Assembly (NCBI RefSeq): GCF_037042905.1
Contig: NC_087252.1
Span: 13,022,001-13,086,000, forward strand
DNA length: 64,000 bases
Direction of reading: 5' to 3'
Source: Lytechinus pictus
Taxonomy: Eukaryota
Part shown: in pieces, positions 39,761-53,500 of the stretch
Layout: every line of letters starts with the position of its first letter
How positions within the stretch are numbered: the first letter of the stretch is position 1
The notes under the pieces: model-generated
What the model was told of the DNA's origin: nothing
Database searches by the model: none
The model's input: only the letters and a program-made list of their open reading frames with translations
Position numbers and translations under genes: made by a program

Positions 39761-40714
39761 TGCTAGATTAGTGAACCTATGAATGTAAGGTCTATAATTT
39801 CTAAATAATTCTGTCAAAAGTAGAGCCTCATGGTTGCAATTGGCAGCGCAATTACAGATTATACGGAGTTAAGAATACTTTTCATTATTCCCCAATTAAC
39901 ACACATCAACTCTATGTACTCCCTCTTTCCACAAAAGACGTTTGATAAAAATTGTTTCGAATATGGAAGTTATATTTTTACCAAGACACGTTCCGATCAT
40001 AACACATACGTTATTCTAGTATGTAGATGATCGAAGAATTAAGGCCGATAAAGAATGCAGCTAGTTTGGAATTTTGTGTATGTCTTCATGACTGAATAAT
40101 ATCACCTATTTTTTCATAATTATTCTGTAATGTACAGTATGTCCATTAAGTATGTTTCAAGGAATAAACGTTTTGTATGAAATTATACTGTACATATATT
40201 CTGTCTCATATTGTAGAAGACTGTCCTCAAGAGCAAAGAGAAACGGGGGTACATTGAAAGTTGTAGGGAGGAAAGAAATTTAACTCCAAAAATGTCAGGA
40301 GGGGGACTACATGAGTCTATGAAATATCTCATGTATACCTGTGCTCTTGTATCAATCAAAGCGTCGAAGGATAATAGACGGATTAAGTGTGAAAAATGAG
40401 GGAAAAGGTCTGCAGTCGAGGGGTGATACTCTCACCGGTAATGAAGGGAGAGATGAGGGTGTTGGTCTGCGGGAGAGGGGTGATAGTGTGGTACAGGGAA
40501 GAGGGAAGAGGGAGTGGGAAAGGGGTTATATTGTGAGACAGAGGAGGAGGATTTGGGAGAGGGTGATACTTTGGTACAAAAGGGAGAAGTGAGGGCTAGG
40601 TACTGCGTGAGAGGGGTTTGTTGGAGAGGGGCGATAGTGTGCGAAAGAGGAGAGGAATGAGGATGAACATGGGTTTGCAGGAAAAGGGTTTAAGTATACA
40701 AATTATTGAGATAT

Positions 40715-43700
40715 TTCCTCACACACATCCATCTCAGTCAGTCCCACATCCTCACTCATTTTCCTCAGTACATCCTCGTCTATCTCCCTCGTTCTAACAC
40801 CCTCATTCCAAGACCCTTATCCATCTCCCTCAGTCCCACACCCTCATCGACCTCCCTCAGTCCCACCCTCATTCACCTCCCTCACTCCCACATCCTCATC
40901 CATCTCCCTCAGTCCCAAACCCTCACCCATCTCCCTCGCCCCACACCCTCATCCATCTCACTCAGTCCCACACCCTCATACATCTCCCTCAGTTCCACAC
41001 CCTCATCCATCTCCCTCAGTCGCACATCCTCATACATCTCCCTAAGCCCCACCCCCTCATTCATCCCCCTCAGTCCCACACCTCACGTACCTGCATCAAT
41101 CCCACATCCTCACCCACCTCCCCCACCCCGCACCCTCTGTCCCACACCCTTATCCATCTCCCTCAATCCCACCCCTTCATTCATCTCCCTCAGTCCCACA
41201 CCCTCACCCATCTTGCTCAATTCCACATCCTCACCCACTTCCCTCACCCCACACCCTCATCCATCTCCCTCGCCCATCTCCCTCAGTCCCACACCCTCGC
41301 CCACCTCCCTCAGTCCCACATTCTCATCCATCTCCCTCAGTCCTATACCCTCACCCATCTCCCTCAGTCCCACACCCGCATCCATCTCCGTCAGTCCCAC
41401 ATCGTCACTCATTTTCCTCAGAACATCCTCGTCTATCTCCCTAGTTCTAACACCCTCATTCAAAGACCCTTATCCATCTCTGTCAGTCTCCCACCCTCAT
41501 TCATGTCCGTCAGTCCCACACCCTCATCCATCTCCCTCGGTCCAACACCTTCACCAATCCCTTTAAGTTCTTCACACTCATCCATCTCAGTCAGTCTCAC
41601 ATCCTCTCCCATTTCCCTCAGTACATCCTCGTCTATCTCCCTCGTTCTAACACCCTTATTCCAAGACCCTTATCCATCTCCCTCAGTCCCACACCCTCAT
41701 CCATCTCCCTCAGTCCCACCACCTCATCCATTTCCCTCAGTTCCACACTCTCACCCATCTCCCTCAGTTCCACACCCTCATCCATCTCCCTCAGTCCCAC
41801 ATCCTCACCAATCTCTCTCAGTCCCACACCCTCATCCATCTTACTCAGTCCCACACCCTAACCCACCTCCCTCACCCCACGCCCTCATCCATCTCCATCA
41901 GTCCCACACCCTCATCCATCTCCCTCAGTCCCACACCCTCATCCATCTCCCTCGGTTTCACCCCCTCATTCATCTCCCCTCAGTCCAACACCCTCACCCA
42001 CCTCCCTCAACCCACGCCCTCATCCATCTCCATCAATCCCACATCCTCACCAACCTCCCTCACTCCACACCCTCATCAATCTCCCTCAGTCCTATACCCT
42101 CACCCATCTCCCTCAGTCCATCACCCTCATCCATCTCCCTCGGTCCCACACCCTCACGAATCCCTTTCAGTTCCTAACACACATCCTCACTTATCTCCCT
42201 CAGTACATCCTCATCTATATCCCTCATTCTAAGACCCTCGTCCATCTCCCTCAATCCCACCCCTTCATTCATCTCCCTAAGTCCCACACCCTCACCCACC
42301 TTGCTCAATTCCACATCCTCACCCACCTCCCTCACCCCACACCATCATCCATCTCCCTCGCCCATCTCCCTGAGTCCCACACCCTCGCCCACCTCCCTCA
42401 GTCCCACATCCTCATCCATTTCCCTCAGTCCTATACCCTCACCCATCTCCTTCAGTCCCACACTCGCATCCATCTCCGTCAGTCCCACATACTCACTCAT
42501 TTTCCTCAGAACATCCTCGTCTATCTCCCTTGTTCTAACACCCTCATTCCAAGACCCTTATCCATCTTTGTCAGTCTCCCACCCTCATTCATATCCCTCA
42601 GTCCCACACCCTCATCCATCTCCCTCGGTCCCACACCTTCACCAATCCCTTCAAGTTCTTCACACACATCCATCTCAGTCAGTCTCACATCCTCTCTCAT
42701 TTCACTCAGTACATCCTCGTCTATCTCCCTCGTTCTAACACCCTTATTCCAAGACCCTTATCCTTCTCCCTCAGTCCCACACCCTCATCCATCTCCCTCA
42801 GTTCCACAAACTCATCCATCTCCCTCAGTCCCAAATCCTCACCAATCTCTCTCAGTCCCACACCCTCATCCATCTCCCTCAGTCCCACATCCTCATTCAT
42901 CTCCCTCAGTTTCACCCCTCATTCATCTCCCTCAGTCCAACACCCTCACCTACCTCCATCAATTCCACATCCTCACCCATCTCCCTCACCCCACACCCTC
43001 ATCAATCTCCCTCAGTCCTAAACCCTCACCCATCTCCCTCAGTCCAACACCCTCATCCATCTCCCTCGGTCCACACCCTCACGAATCTCTTACAGTTTCT
43101 AACACACATCCCCACTCATCTCCCTCAGTACATCCTCATCTATATCCCTCATTCTAAGACCCTCATCCATCTCTCCCTGTCCCACATCCTTACTTGTGAT
43201 CTCCGTCTGTTACACACCCTCATCAGTCTCCCTCACTCCCACACCCTCATCCATCTCCCTCATTCCCACACCCTTACCCACCTCCCTCAGTCCCACTCCT
43301 CATTCATCTCCCTCAGTCCCACACCCTCATCCATTTCCCTCATTCCCACACCCTCACCCACCTCCCTAAGTTCCACTCCCTCATCCATCTCCCTCAGTCC
43401 CACACCCTCATCCATTACCCTCATGCCCACACTCTCATTCATCTCCCTCACTCCCATACCCTCATCCATCCCTCAGTCCCATGCCCTCGTCCATCTCCCT
43501 CAGTCCGACACCATCACCCATCTCCCACAGTCCCAAACCCTATTCCATCTCCCTTGGTCCCACACCCTCACCAATCTCTTTCAGTTCCTCACACACATCC
43601 ATCTCAGTCGGTCCTACATCCTCACTTATATCCGTCAGTACGTCTTCATCTATCTCCCTCATTCTAAGACCCTCATTCATCTCCCTCAGTCCCACATACT

Positions 43701-46700
43701 CGCTTATGCTCTACCTCCGTTACACATCCTCATCCATTTCCCTCATTCCCACACCCTAGTTCATCTCCCTCGATTAGTCCCACACCCTCAGTTGAATACC
43801 CTCATCCACCCAATCAATCCCACTCACTCACCCATATCCTTAGTTCCACCTCACACATCTCCACAAGTCGCACGTCTCTAAACAAACCTCTTAAGCCATT
43901 GTGCTCCTTCAGTCCCACACCTCAACTTATTTCCCTCAGTCCACACCTTCACATTTGTCCCACAGCTCCACAAAATTATCCATCTCCCTCATTCCTACAT
44001 AACTTCCCCTAAGTCTAGGGCACGTTTCGCTATCCATTGTTATACAATTCTCAAACAAATTGTAAAAACATTTCATATGAACATTTCAAATTGTACAATG
44101 CTGACTTAGCTTGTTGTACAGGAGCAAATGGGAGGCCGATTGTCAAACATCAGCACCATTGCACGCGCACACATACCATCCAAAATGTCCCTCAGTCCCA
44201 CACCCTCATCCATCTCCTTCGGTCCCACACCTTCACAAATCCCTTCAAGTTCTTTACACACATCCATCTCAGTCAGTCTCACATCCTCATTCATTTCCCT
44301 CAGTACATCCTCGTCTATCTCCCTTGTTCTAACACCCTTATTCCAAGACCCTCATCCATCTCCCTCAGTCCCACACCCTCATTCATCTCCCTCAGTTTCA
44401 CCCCTCATTCATCTCCCTCAGTCCAACACCCTCACCTACCTCCATCAATCCCACATCCTCACCCATCTCCCTCACCCCACACCCTCATCAATCTCCCTCA
44501 GTCCTATACCCTCACCCATCTCCCTCAGTCCAACACCCTCATCCATCTCCCTCGGTCCACACCCTCACGAATCTCTTTCAGTTCCTAACACACATCCTCA
44601 CTCATCTCCCTCAGTACATCCTCATCTATATCCCTCATTCTAAGACCCTCATCCATCTCCCCCTGTCCCACATCCTTACTTCTAATCTCCGTCTGTTACA
44701 AACCCTCATCAGTCTCCCTCACTCCCACACCCTCATCCATCTCCCTCATTCCCACACCCTTACCCGCCTCCCTCAGTCCCACCCCTCATTCATCTCCCTC
44801 AGTCCCACACCCTCATCCATTACCCTCATTCCCACACCCTCACCCACCTCCCTAAGTTCCACTCCCTCATCCATCTCCGTCAGTCCCACACCCTCATCCA
44901 TTACCCTCATACCCACACTCTCATTCATCTCCCTCACTCCCATACCCTCATCCATCCCTCAGTCCCATGCCCTCGTCCATCTCCCTCAGTCCCACACCAT
45001 CACCCATCTCCCACAGTCCCACACCCTCTTCCATCTCCCTTGGTCCCACACCCTCACCAATCTCTTTCAGTTCCTCACACACATCCATCTCAGTCAGTCC
45101 CACATCCTCACTCATTTCCCTCAGTACATCCTCGTCTATCTCCCTTGTTCTAACACCCTTATTCCAAGATCCTTATCCATCTCCCTTAGTCCCACCCCTC
45201 ATCCATCTCCCTCAGTCCCACACCCTCACCCATCTCCCTCAGTTCCACACCCTCATCCATCTCCCTTAGTCCCACACCCTCATCCATTACCCTCATACCC
45301 ACACTCTCTTTCATCTCCCTCACTCCCACACTCTCATTCATCTCCCTCAGTCCCACACCCTCATCCATCTCCCTCGGTCCAACACCTTCACCAATCCCTT
45401 CAAGTTCTTCACACTCATCCATCTCAGTCAGTCTCACATCCTCTCCCATTTCCCTCAGTACATCCTCGTCTATCTCCCTCGTTCTAACACCCTTATTCCA
45501 AGACCCTTATCCGTCTCCCTCAGTCCCACACCCTCATCCATCTCCCTCAGTTCCACATTCTCATCCATCTCCCTCAGTCCTATACCCTCACCCGTCTCCC
45601 TCAGTCCCACACCCGCATCCATCTCCGTCAGTCCCACATCCTCACTCATTTTCCTCAGAACATTCTCGTCTATCTCCCTAGTTCTAACACCCTCATTCCA
45701 AGACCCTTATCCATCTCTGTCAGTCTCCCACCCTCATTCATGTCCGTCAGTCCCACCACCTCATCCATCTCCCTCAGTTCAACACTCTCACCCATCTCCC
45801 TCAGTTCCACACCTTCATCCATCTCCCTCAGTCCCACATCCTCACCAATCTCTCTCAGTCCCACACCCTCATCCATCTTACTCAGTCCCACACCCTCATC
45901 CACCTCCCTCACCCCACGCCCTCATCCATCTCCATCAGTTCCACACCCTCATCCATCTCCCTCAGTCCCACACCCTCATCCATCTCCCTCAGTTTCACCC
46001 CCTCATTCATCTCCCCTCAGTCCAACACCCTCATCCATCTCCCTCAGTTCCACACCCTCACCCATCTCCCTCAGTTCCACACCCTCATCCATCTCCCTCA
46101 GTCCCACATCCTCACCAATCTCTCTCAGTCCCACACCCTCATCCATCTCCCTCAGTCCAACACCCTCACCTACCTCCATCAATTCCACATCCTCACCCAT
46201 CTCCCTCAGTTTCACCCCCTCATTCATCTCCCTCAGTCCAACACCCTCACCTACCTCCATCAATTCCACATCCTCACCCATCTCCCTCACCCCACACCCT
46301 CATCAATCTCCCTCAGTCCTAAACCCTCACCCATCTCCCTCAGTCCAACACCCTCATCCATCTCCCTCGGTCCACACCCTCACGAATCTCTTTCAGTTCC
46401 TAACACACATCCTCACTCATCTCCCTCAGTACATCCTCATCTATATCCCTCATTCTAAGACCCTCATCCATCTCCCCCTGTCCCACATCCTTACTTCTAA
46501 TCTCCGTCTGTTACACACCCTCATCAGTCTCCCTCACTCCCACACCCTCATCCATCTCCCTCATTCCCACACCCTTACCCACCTCCCTCAGTCCCACTCC
46601 TCATTCATCTCCCTCAGTCCCACACCCTCATCCATTTCCCTCATTCCCACACCCTCACCCACCTCCCTAAGTTCCACTCCCTCATCCATCTCCCTCAGTC

Positions 46701-49290
46701 CCACACCCTCATCCATTACCCTCATGCCCACACTCTCATTCATCTCCCTCACTCCCATACCCTCATCCATCCCTCAGTCCCATGCCCTCGTCCATCTCCC
46801 TCAGTCCGACACCATCACCCATCTCCCACAGTCCCACACCCTCTTCCATCTCCCTTGGTCCCACACCCTCACCAATCTCTTTCAGTTCCTCACACACATC
46901 CATCTCAGTCGGTCCTACATCCTCACTTATATCCGTCAGTACGTCTTCATCTATCTCCCTCATTCTAAGACCCTCATTCATCTCCCTCAGTCCCACATAC
47001 TCGATTATGCTCTACCTCCGTTACACATCCTCATCCATTTCCCTCATTCCCACACCCTAGTTCATCTCCCTCGATTAGTCCCACACCCTCAGTTGAATAC
47101 CCTCATCCACCTCAATCAATCCCACTCACTCACCCATATCCTTAGTTCCACCTCACACATCTCCACAAGTCGCACGTCTCTAAACAAACCTCATAAACCA
47201 TTGTGCTCCATCAGTCCCACACCTCAACTTATTTCCCTCAGTCCACACCTTCACATTTGTCCCACAGCTCCACAAAATTATCCATCTCCCTCATTCCTAC
47301 ATAACTTCCACTAAGTCTAGGGCACGTTTCGCTATCCATTGTTATTCAATTCTCAAACAAATTGTAAAAACATTTCATATAAACATTTCAAATTGTACAA
47401 TGCTGACTTAGCTTGTTGTACAGGAGCAAATGGGAGGCCGATTGTCAAACATCCGCACCATTGCACGCGCACACATACCATCCAAAATGTCCCTCAGTCC
47501 CACACCCTCATCCATCTCCCTCGGTCCCACACCTTCACCAATCCCTTCAAGTTCTTCACACACATCGATCTCAGTCAGTCTCACATCCTCACTCATTTCC
47601 CTCAGTACATCCTCGTCTATCTCCCTCGTTCTAACACCCTTATTCCAAGACCCTTATCCATCTCCCTCAGTCCCACCCCTCATCCATCTCCCTCAGTCCC
47701 ACCACCTCATCCATCTCCCTCAGTCCCACATCCTCACCAATCTCCCAGTTCCATACCCTCATCCATCTTACTCAGTCCCACACCCTCACCCACCTCCCTC
47801 ACCCCACGCCCTCATGCTCCTTCAGTCCTACACCTCAACTTATTTCCCTCAGTCCACACCTTCACATTTGTCCCACAGCTCCACAAAATTATCCATCTCC
47901 CTCATTCCTACATAACTTCCACTAAGTCTAGGGCACGTTTCGCTATCCATTGTTATTCAATTCTCAAACAAATTGTAAAAACATTTCATATAAACATTTC
48001 AAATTGTACAATGCCGACTTAGCTTGTTGTACAGGAGCAAATGGGAGGCCGATCGTCAAACATCCGCACCATTGCACGCGCACACATACCATCCAAAATG
48101 TCCCTCAGTCCCACACCCTCATCCAGCTCCCTCGGTCCCACACCTTCACCAATCCCTTCAAGTTCTTCACACACATCCATCTCAGTCAGTCTCACATCCT
48201 CACTCATTTCCCTCAGTACATCTTCGTCTATCTTCCTCGTTCTAACACCCTTATTCCAAGACCCTTATCCACCTCCCTCAGTCCCATCTTTCATTCATCT
48301 CCCTCAGTCCCACACCCTCATCCCTTACACTCATTCCCACACCCTCACCCACTTCCCTAAGTTCCACACCCTCATCCATCTCCCTCAGTCCCACACCCTC
48401 ATCCATTACCCTCATACCCACACTCTCATTCATCTCCCTCACTCCCACACTCTCATTCATCTCCCTCAGTCCCACACCCTCACCCCTTTCCCTGTCCCAT
48501 ACTCTTACCCCTTTCCCTCAGTCCCACGCCCTCATCCATCACCCTCAGTCCCACACCATCACCCATCACCCTCAGTCCCACGCCCTCATCCATCTCCCTC
48601 AGTCCCACACCCTCTTCCATCTCCCTCAGTCCTATACCCTCATTCATCTCCCTCAGTCCCACACCATCACCCATCTCCCTCAGTCCTATACCCCCCATCC
48701 ATCTCCCTCGGTCCCACACCCTCATTCATCTCCGTCAGTACATCTTCATCTTTCTCCCTCATTCTAAGACCCTCATCCATCTCCCTCAGTCCCACATACT
48801 CGCTCATGATCTCCCTCCGTTACACATCTTCATCCATCTCCCTCATTCCCACACCCTAGTTCATCTCCCTCAATTAGTCCCACACCCTCAGTTGAATACC
48901 CTCATCCACCTCAATCAATCCCACTCACTCACCCATATCCTTAGTTCCACTTCACACATCTCCACAAGTCGCACGTCTCTAAACAAACCTCTTAAACCAT
49001 TGTGCTCCTTCAGTCCCACACCTCAACTTATTTCCCTCAGTCCACACCTTCACATTTGTCCCACAGCTCCACAAAATTATCCATCTCCCTCATTCCTACA
49101 TAACTTCCCCTAAGTCTAGGGCACGTTACACTATCCATTGTTATACAATTCTCAAAGAAATTGTAAAAACATTCATATGAACATTTCAAATTGTACAATG
49201 CCGACTTAGCTTGTTGTACACAAACAAATGGGAGGCCGATTGTCAAACATCCACACCATTGCACGTGCACACGTACCATCCAAAATATAC
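40715..49290. repeat. 8.6-kb C-rich 27-bp minisatellite with higher-order structure
   Basis: Consensus ACACCCTCATCCATCTCCCTCAGTCCC (27 bp; 9-aa periodicity in the spurious ORFs). Variant-unit blocks recur in mosaic order. Four copies of a ~180-bp non-satellite module. Confidence 0.95.
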
Positions 49291-49611
49291 CCCCCCCCCC
49301 CCATTGGGGAGAATGTGGTGGTGGATAAAATGAACAATGATGTTCAACTCATTGAACTATTGTGGAAGGATATCTATTATTTTTTTTGTCTCTGTCAATG
49401 TTGTTTCAGTGACATTACATCAATGTACCTCTTGTGGTGCAATTATCGACTGTAGTTGAGAGATTGGACTCGAAGCTGGAAATACTATTAAGCTGTTAAA
49501 TTTGACGGTGTATATTCGGAATGACAATTGGACTGAAGATTTAATTGCAGGGGTCGATCTGAAACCAAAATTACCACATTTATACTCATCACTTTTCTTC
49601 TTAAATAGGTT

Positions 49612-49617
49612 TTTATT
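49612..49617 (-). terminator. Candidate polyadenylation signal of IFT57
   Basis: AATAAA on the minus strand ~765 nt after the stop codon. A second AATAAA lies at ~49664-49669. Confidence 0.5.
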
Positions 49618-49831
49618 CACACTTTACAACTCTATTTTCATCTACATCTGTTCATAGAAGACCTTTATTTACATAAAATATGTAATATACACAGCGCAAT
49701 ACATACATACAGAGTATAAGACACAAGGGCTTGTTTAGGTAAAATGATCACCATATTCTGGTAGTAGCATACAAGTCTAAGAAAGATGCAATAGATCAGA
49801 TAAATGGTAAGTTTGTAACTCTTGGTAAGGC

Positions 49832-49936
49832 GGGGCCCTGTTCTAACAAAATTGCTTTGAGTTGGTTATTTATTCAACTTTTTGAAGGTTGACTTATGCA
49901 AAGTTGAGTGTAATAACTTTTAGCAACCAGGCCCTG
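49832..49936. mobile_element. Short Harbinger-type MITE in the presumed IFT57 3' UTR
   Basis: Imperfect inverted ends GGGGCCCTGTTCTAACAAA / TTTTAGCAACCAGGCCCTG. Confidence 0.5.
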
Positions 49937-50380
49937 GAAATAAGCAGTCTGTGGGAAGTCACAGGAAAATAATCTAGAAATGCTGAAAAAATTTTATCAA
50001 AGTAGAAAGGAATATCATTCAGAATAGGGCCTTTAAACAGAAAAAAAGTTGTAATCCATTATGGATATATGTAGCAAAATAAAGAACTCTTATTTATGTC
50101 TGAAAAGACAGATCCCATGATCGATGATTAATTTCAATCATCAATTTTTTCAACTATACATTTATCAAGTCCCCAGCACATCTCTCAAGCGTATTGTTGT
50201 GGGCACTAACTTAGCAAGATTTGTTGTAGCCAGATAAATGTTTGGTGACCCTAGCACTTATTCCATCAATGAAAAGGTCATCTCTGGTCTTAATGACGAT
50301 TATTTAGTCAATGAAATAAGTTTGTAGATATCTCTTTGCATGTTGCTTTAGAATTGCTTGAAGGGCTGCTGTCCGACCTT

Positions 50381-50556
50381 TCAATAATCATAATCATTGC
50401 CATTTCCTATAGGTTTATTCATATCTCTTTGCATGTTGGTCTTATCTTTCAGCTTAGCCTGGAGAAGGTTTTGCTCCACGACCCCGACCCTGACATCCAT
50501 CTGAATAACCTCATTCTTCAGACGCTGCAGCGCTTGCTTGATCTTTACCAACGGAG
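50381..50556 (-). CDS. IFT57: IFT57 coding exon 10 (last)
   Basis: ttcag|(S)PLVKIKQALQRLKNEVIQMDVRVGVVEQNLLQAKLKDKTNMQRDMNKPIGNGNDYDY*. Confidence 0.94.
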
Positions 50557-53500
50557 CTGAAACAGGAATGAATCATTAAAAAATAAATAAATAAGATAAT
50601 GAACAAAATCAAATAATTGATAAAATCAATAATTAAATGAAATGTAATTTTGATCTCTTAATCATGGATTCATTTGTCACATCTTAATTGCAACATTCAG
50701 TCACGTGAATTTCAAAATAATTTTTTTTTTTAAATCATAACCATAAATACATGTTTTGTGTTAAATGATGATGAATGTAAAATTATGAACAACTTAAATA
50801 TTCTCAGTTACTTTATAATCGATTCATTTTTCACAACACCTGTTGTAATATTCAATGACATGAATGACAAAATAATATCCATATATGTATTCTTGTGTGT
50901 TGAATTATGTTGAATGTAAAATTTATCGAATCAATAAGATAATCAATTGGAAAAAAATAATTGAATTAATTACTAAAGAATTACGATTGTAAGACGTGGA
51001 TTATATTATAATCCATCTCCTAGACCCTATCAAGAATAGGCTTAAATAATTTTAATGTAATCTTAAAGCGACCTTTCATTGACAAATCATGGGGAGATCA
51101 AGGCTTATCTCAGAACAAGTCGTTCACTCGGCTGCATGCCTGGGGGTGTTATGTAATAGACGCCGGCATGTCTGGGAGGTCTTGAGAGCAATAGACTAAC
51201 CAACCAGATGTAAACTGCGTGTTTTCACTTTGAATCATGTAACTTCACAGTGGTTATTTATTTTGCTTTAGCAATCAAGAGACCTGCCCTGAGTCTAGGA
51301 ATTGGGATTGTTGGAAACTGGAACTGCGATGATCCGAAGTAAATAACCATCACGAGTTCGGTCAAGTTCGTGCTGTCCGAACTTTTATCACATTAGTCCG
51401 ACGGGCGCTCATGACGGACGGATTATATTATGCAAGTCAATTGGCCTTTTGCAAATTTTGTATTTCCCCATGATTTGTCAGTTGCTTGGCCCTTTAAAGG
51501 AGTCATTTCTCGTCACTTGCTAATTCACCAACAGTACGTTAAATTGATATATGTCAATTATCAATTATTTTAATTTGCAACATCATTTATTCAGCTCAAT
51601 TCTAATTTTTCAATTTGCAGCTTTTGTACTTTGAATACTTTAATATGCAGATATCATTTCATATTGCATTCTGGAAACAGCATATCATATGGATTTCCAT
51701 AGGAGATTCAATTGAATGGGTTAACCTTCCTTTGTTTCAAGATAAAATGAAAATATGGTTGCAGTAAATACTGATATCATGTAAAAGTCTGTAAAAAAAC
51801 AAGATTAACTGTCACTCTATCACCGTGGATCCTGATCTGGGACAGTTAAATTAATTGAATTTCATGAAATCATGTAATCTAAGCTTTAAAACATTCACAC
51901 TGTAGATTTGACGACACAAAAAAGCAGATGCGGGACAGTGTATTATTGTCATTACTTGGAAAAATACCAGACATTCGGGTCAAATCCCATGCTTAATTTG
52001 CTAATTTCACAAGAATTACACAATATCTTCCAGAATCCTTTGGCATATATATCTAATCTATGCAAACAAACACTTGGGTGGTCATTTTATTAGATTCTCT
52101 TCAAACTAATTTTTAGATCATTACCACAATTCACATTAATCTACCATTAATAAAACTATATTTTTTAATATAAACAGGTAGTTGAACTTACATCCATCTG
52201 TCATGCTTGACCCCCTCTCCTCCATCTCTTGTTTTATCCGTTCCAATTCTTCTGTCACTTCAGCAAGTTGTCTCGTTCGATCTGTCACTCCACCACTTGC
52301 CTGCCTGTATTGCTCCTTCACCTGTAGGATAACATCATGGTAAAAGGATGGTAACAAGTGGAAAATGGAATAATATGGTGGTAATATGATAGTAAAAGGT
52401 GGTCAATTAAATCAGTATTAATAATAATAATAACAATAATAATATTCTGCTTTGATATAGCACTTAATACATCGTTATGCCTCTAAGCACTCCCACGACA
52501 CTTGCTCCAGCAACAATTGCACAGCTATGAATTCCACACAAAAATTGAATAAATCGACCCTTGATTTTACACTTTAGGTTACCCTAAACCTAAAATAAAT
52601 CCTTTTTGCAGCCCTAACCCAAACCCTACATCTTAGATGAAAAAAAGGCCTGGGCAATTGCTGCAGAAGCAAATAAGAAGCCCTGGAATAGATGACAATG
52701 TTACACTACAAACACAGACATGTTCTATAGGTTTACCTCGGCTAAACCATCTTGGGTTCCTCTGAAGTCCTGTAGTAAATGCTCCAACTGGTTGTTGATA
52801 TACTTCTCTCTGCTTCCTATCTTCTCCAATGTCCTGGTGATCTCCTTGTGAAGTTTATCCAGGTAACCCTAATGATGGATCAAGAGACAATATTAAATAT
52901 GAATCAAAACAACCAATGCTAACTGGATGTTCTTGGTTCTGAGATTTTTTTTCCATAAATAAAGCATAGTTTTCCATGGTAACCCTGGTGAGAAAGCAAT
53001 TAAAAAAGACCTTGTCACATAAAATGATATATCCAATTGTAGCTGGGCATTATCTGTGTTGTTGTGTTATTTAACGCTCACAGTCACAAAAAAATGGTGA
53101 CTTTAGCACACTGGTAGCATACAGATCAGTTGATAGATATACAATCAAAGTTTTAATTGATTGTACAGGTTTGTCATAGACATATTGTATAACACTTAGC
53201 AACTTGTTGTATGCAAGCAAATAAAAGGCTGAACATGCAGCATTCATATGACTGCACATGTACTTTCAATAATGTACCACTGCACAGCCATGCAAGTACA
53301 ATACATGTACTGGCTATAAAAATGCACCTTGCTGCTACAGTTGCACACTTGAATCATCAATCGCCAAGGATGCTGCTCAAGGATTTTACCTCACTTGCAA
53401 TAATTAGTTCATTTTCCTATATTACTGTTTTAAATTTCCTTTTAGTTCAATGGTAGGATATTGAGAATTCTGTGAGAGAGTTGCTCTTTTCAAAAAGGCT

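Noticed and set aside
40706..49113. Long Ser/Pro/His-rich ORFs (up to 524 aa) resembling mucins or extensins
   Set aside because: All frames are open because the C-rich 27-mer lacks stops. Frames shift freely, and there is no signal peptide or splice structure.
44009..49290. CRISPR-like repeat/spacer organisation
   Set aside because: Eukaryotic context with no cas genes. The modules are ~180 bp and irregularly spaced, and the intervening DNA is satellite rather than unique spacers.
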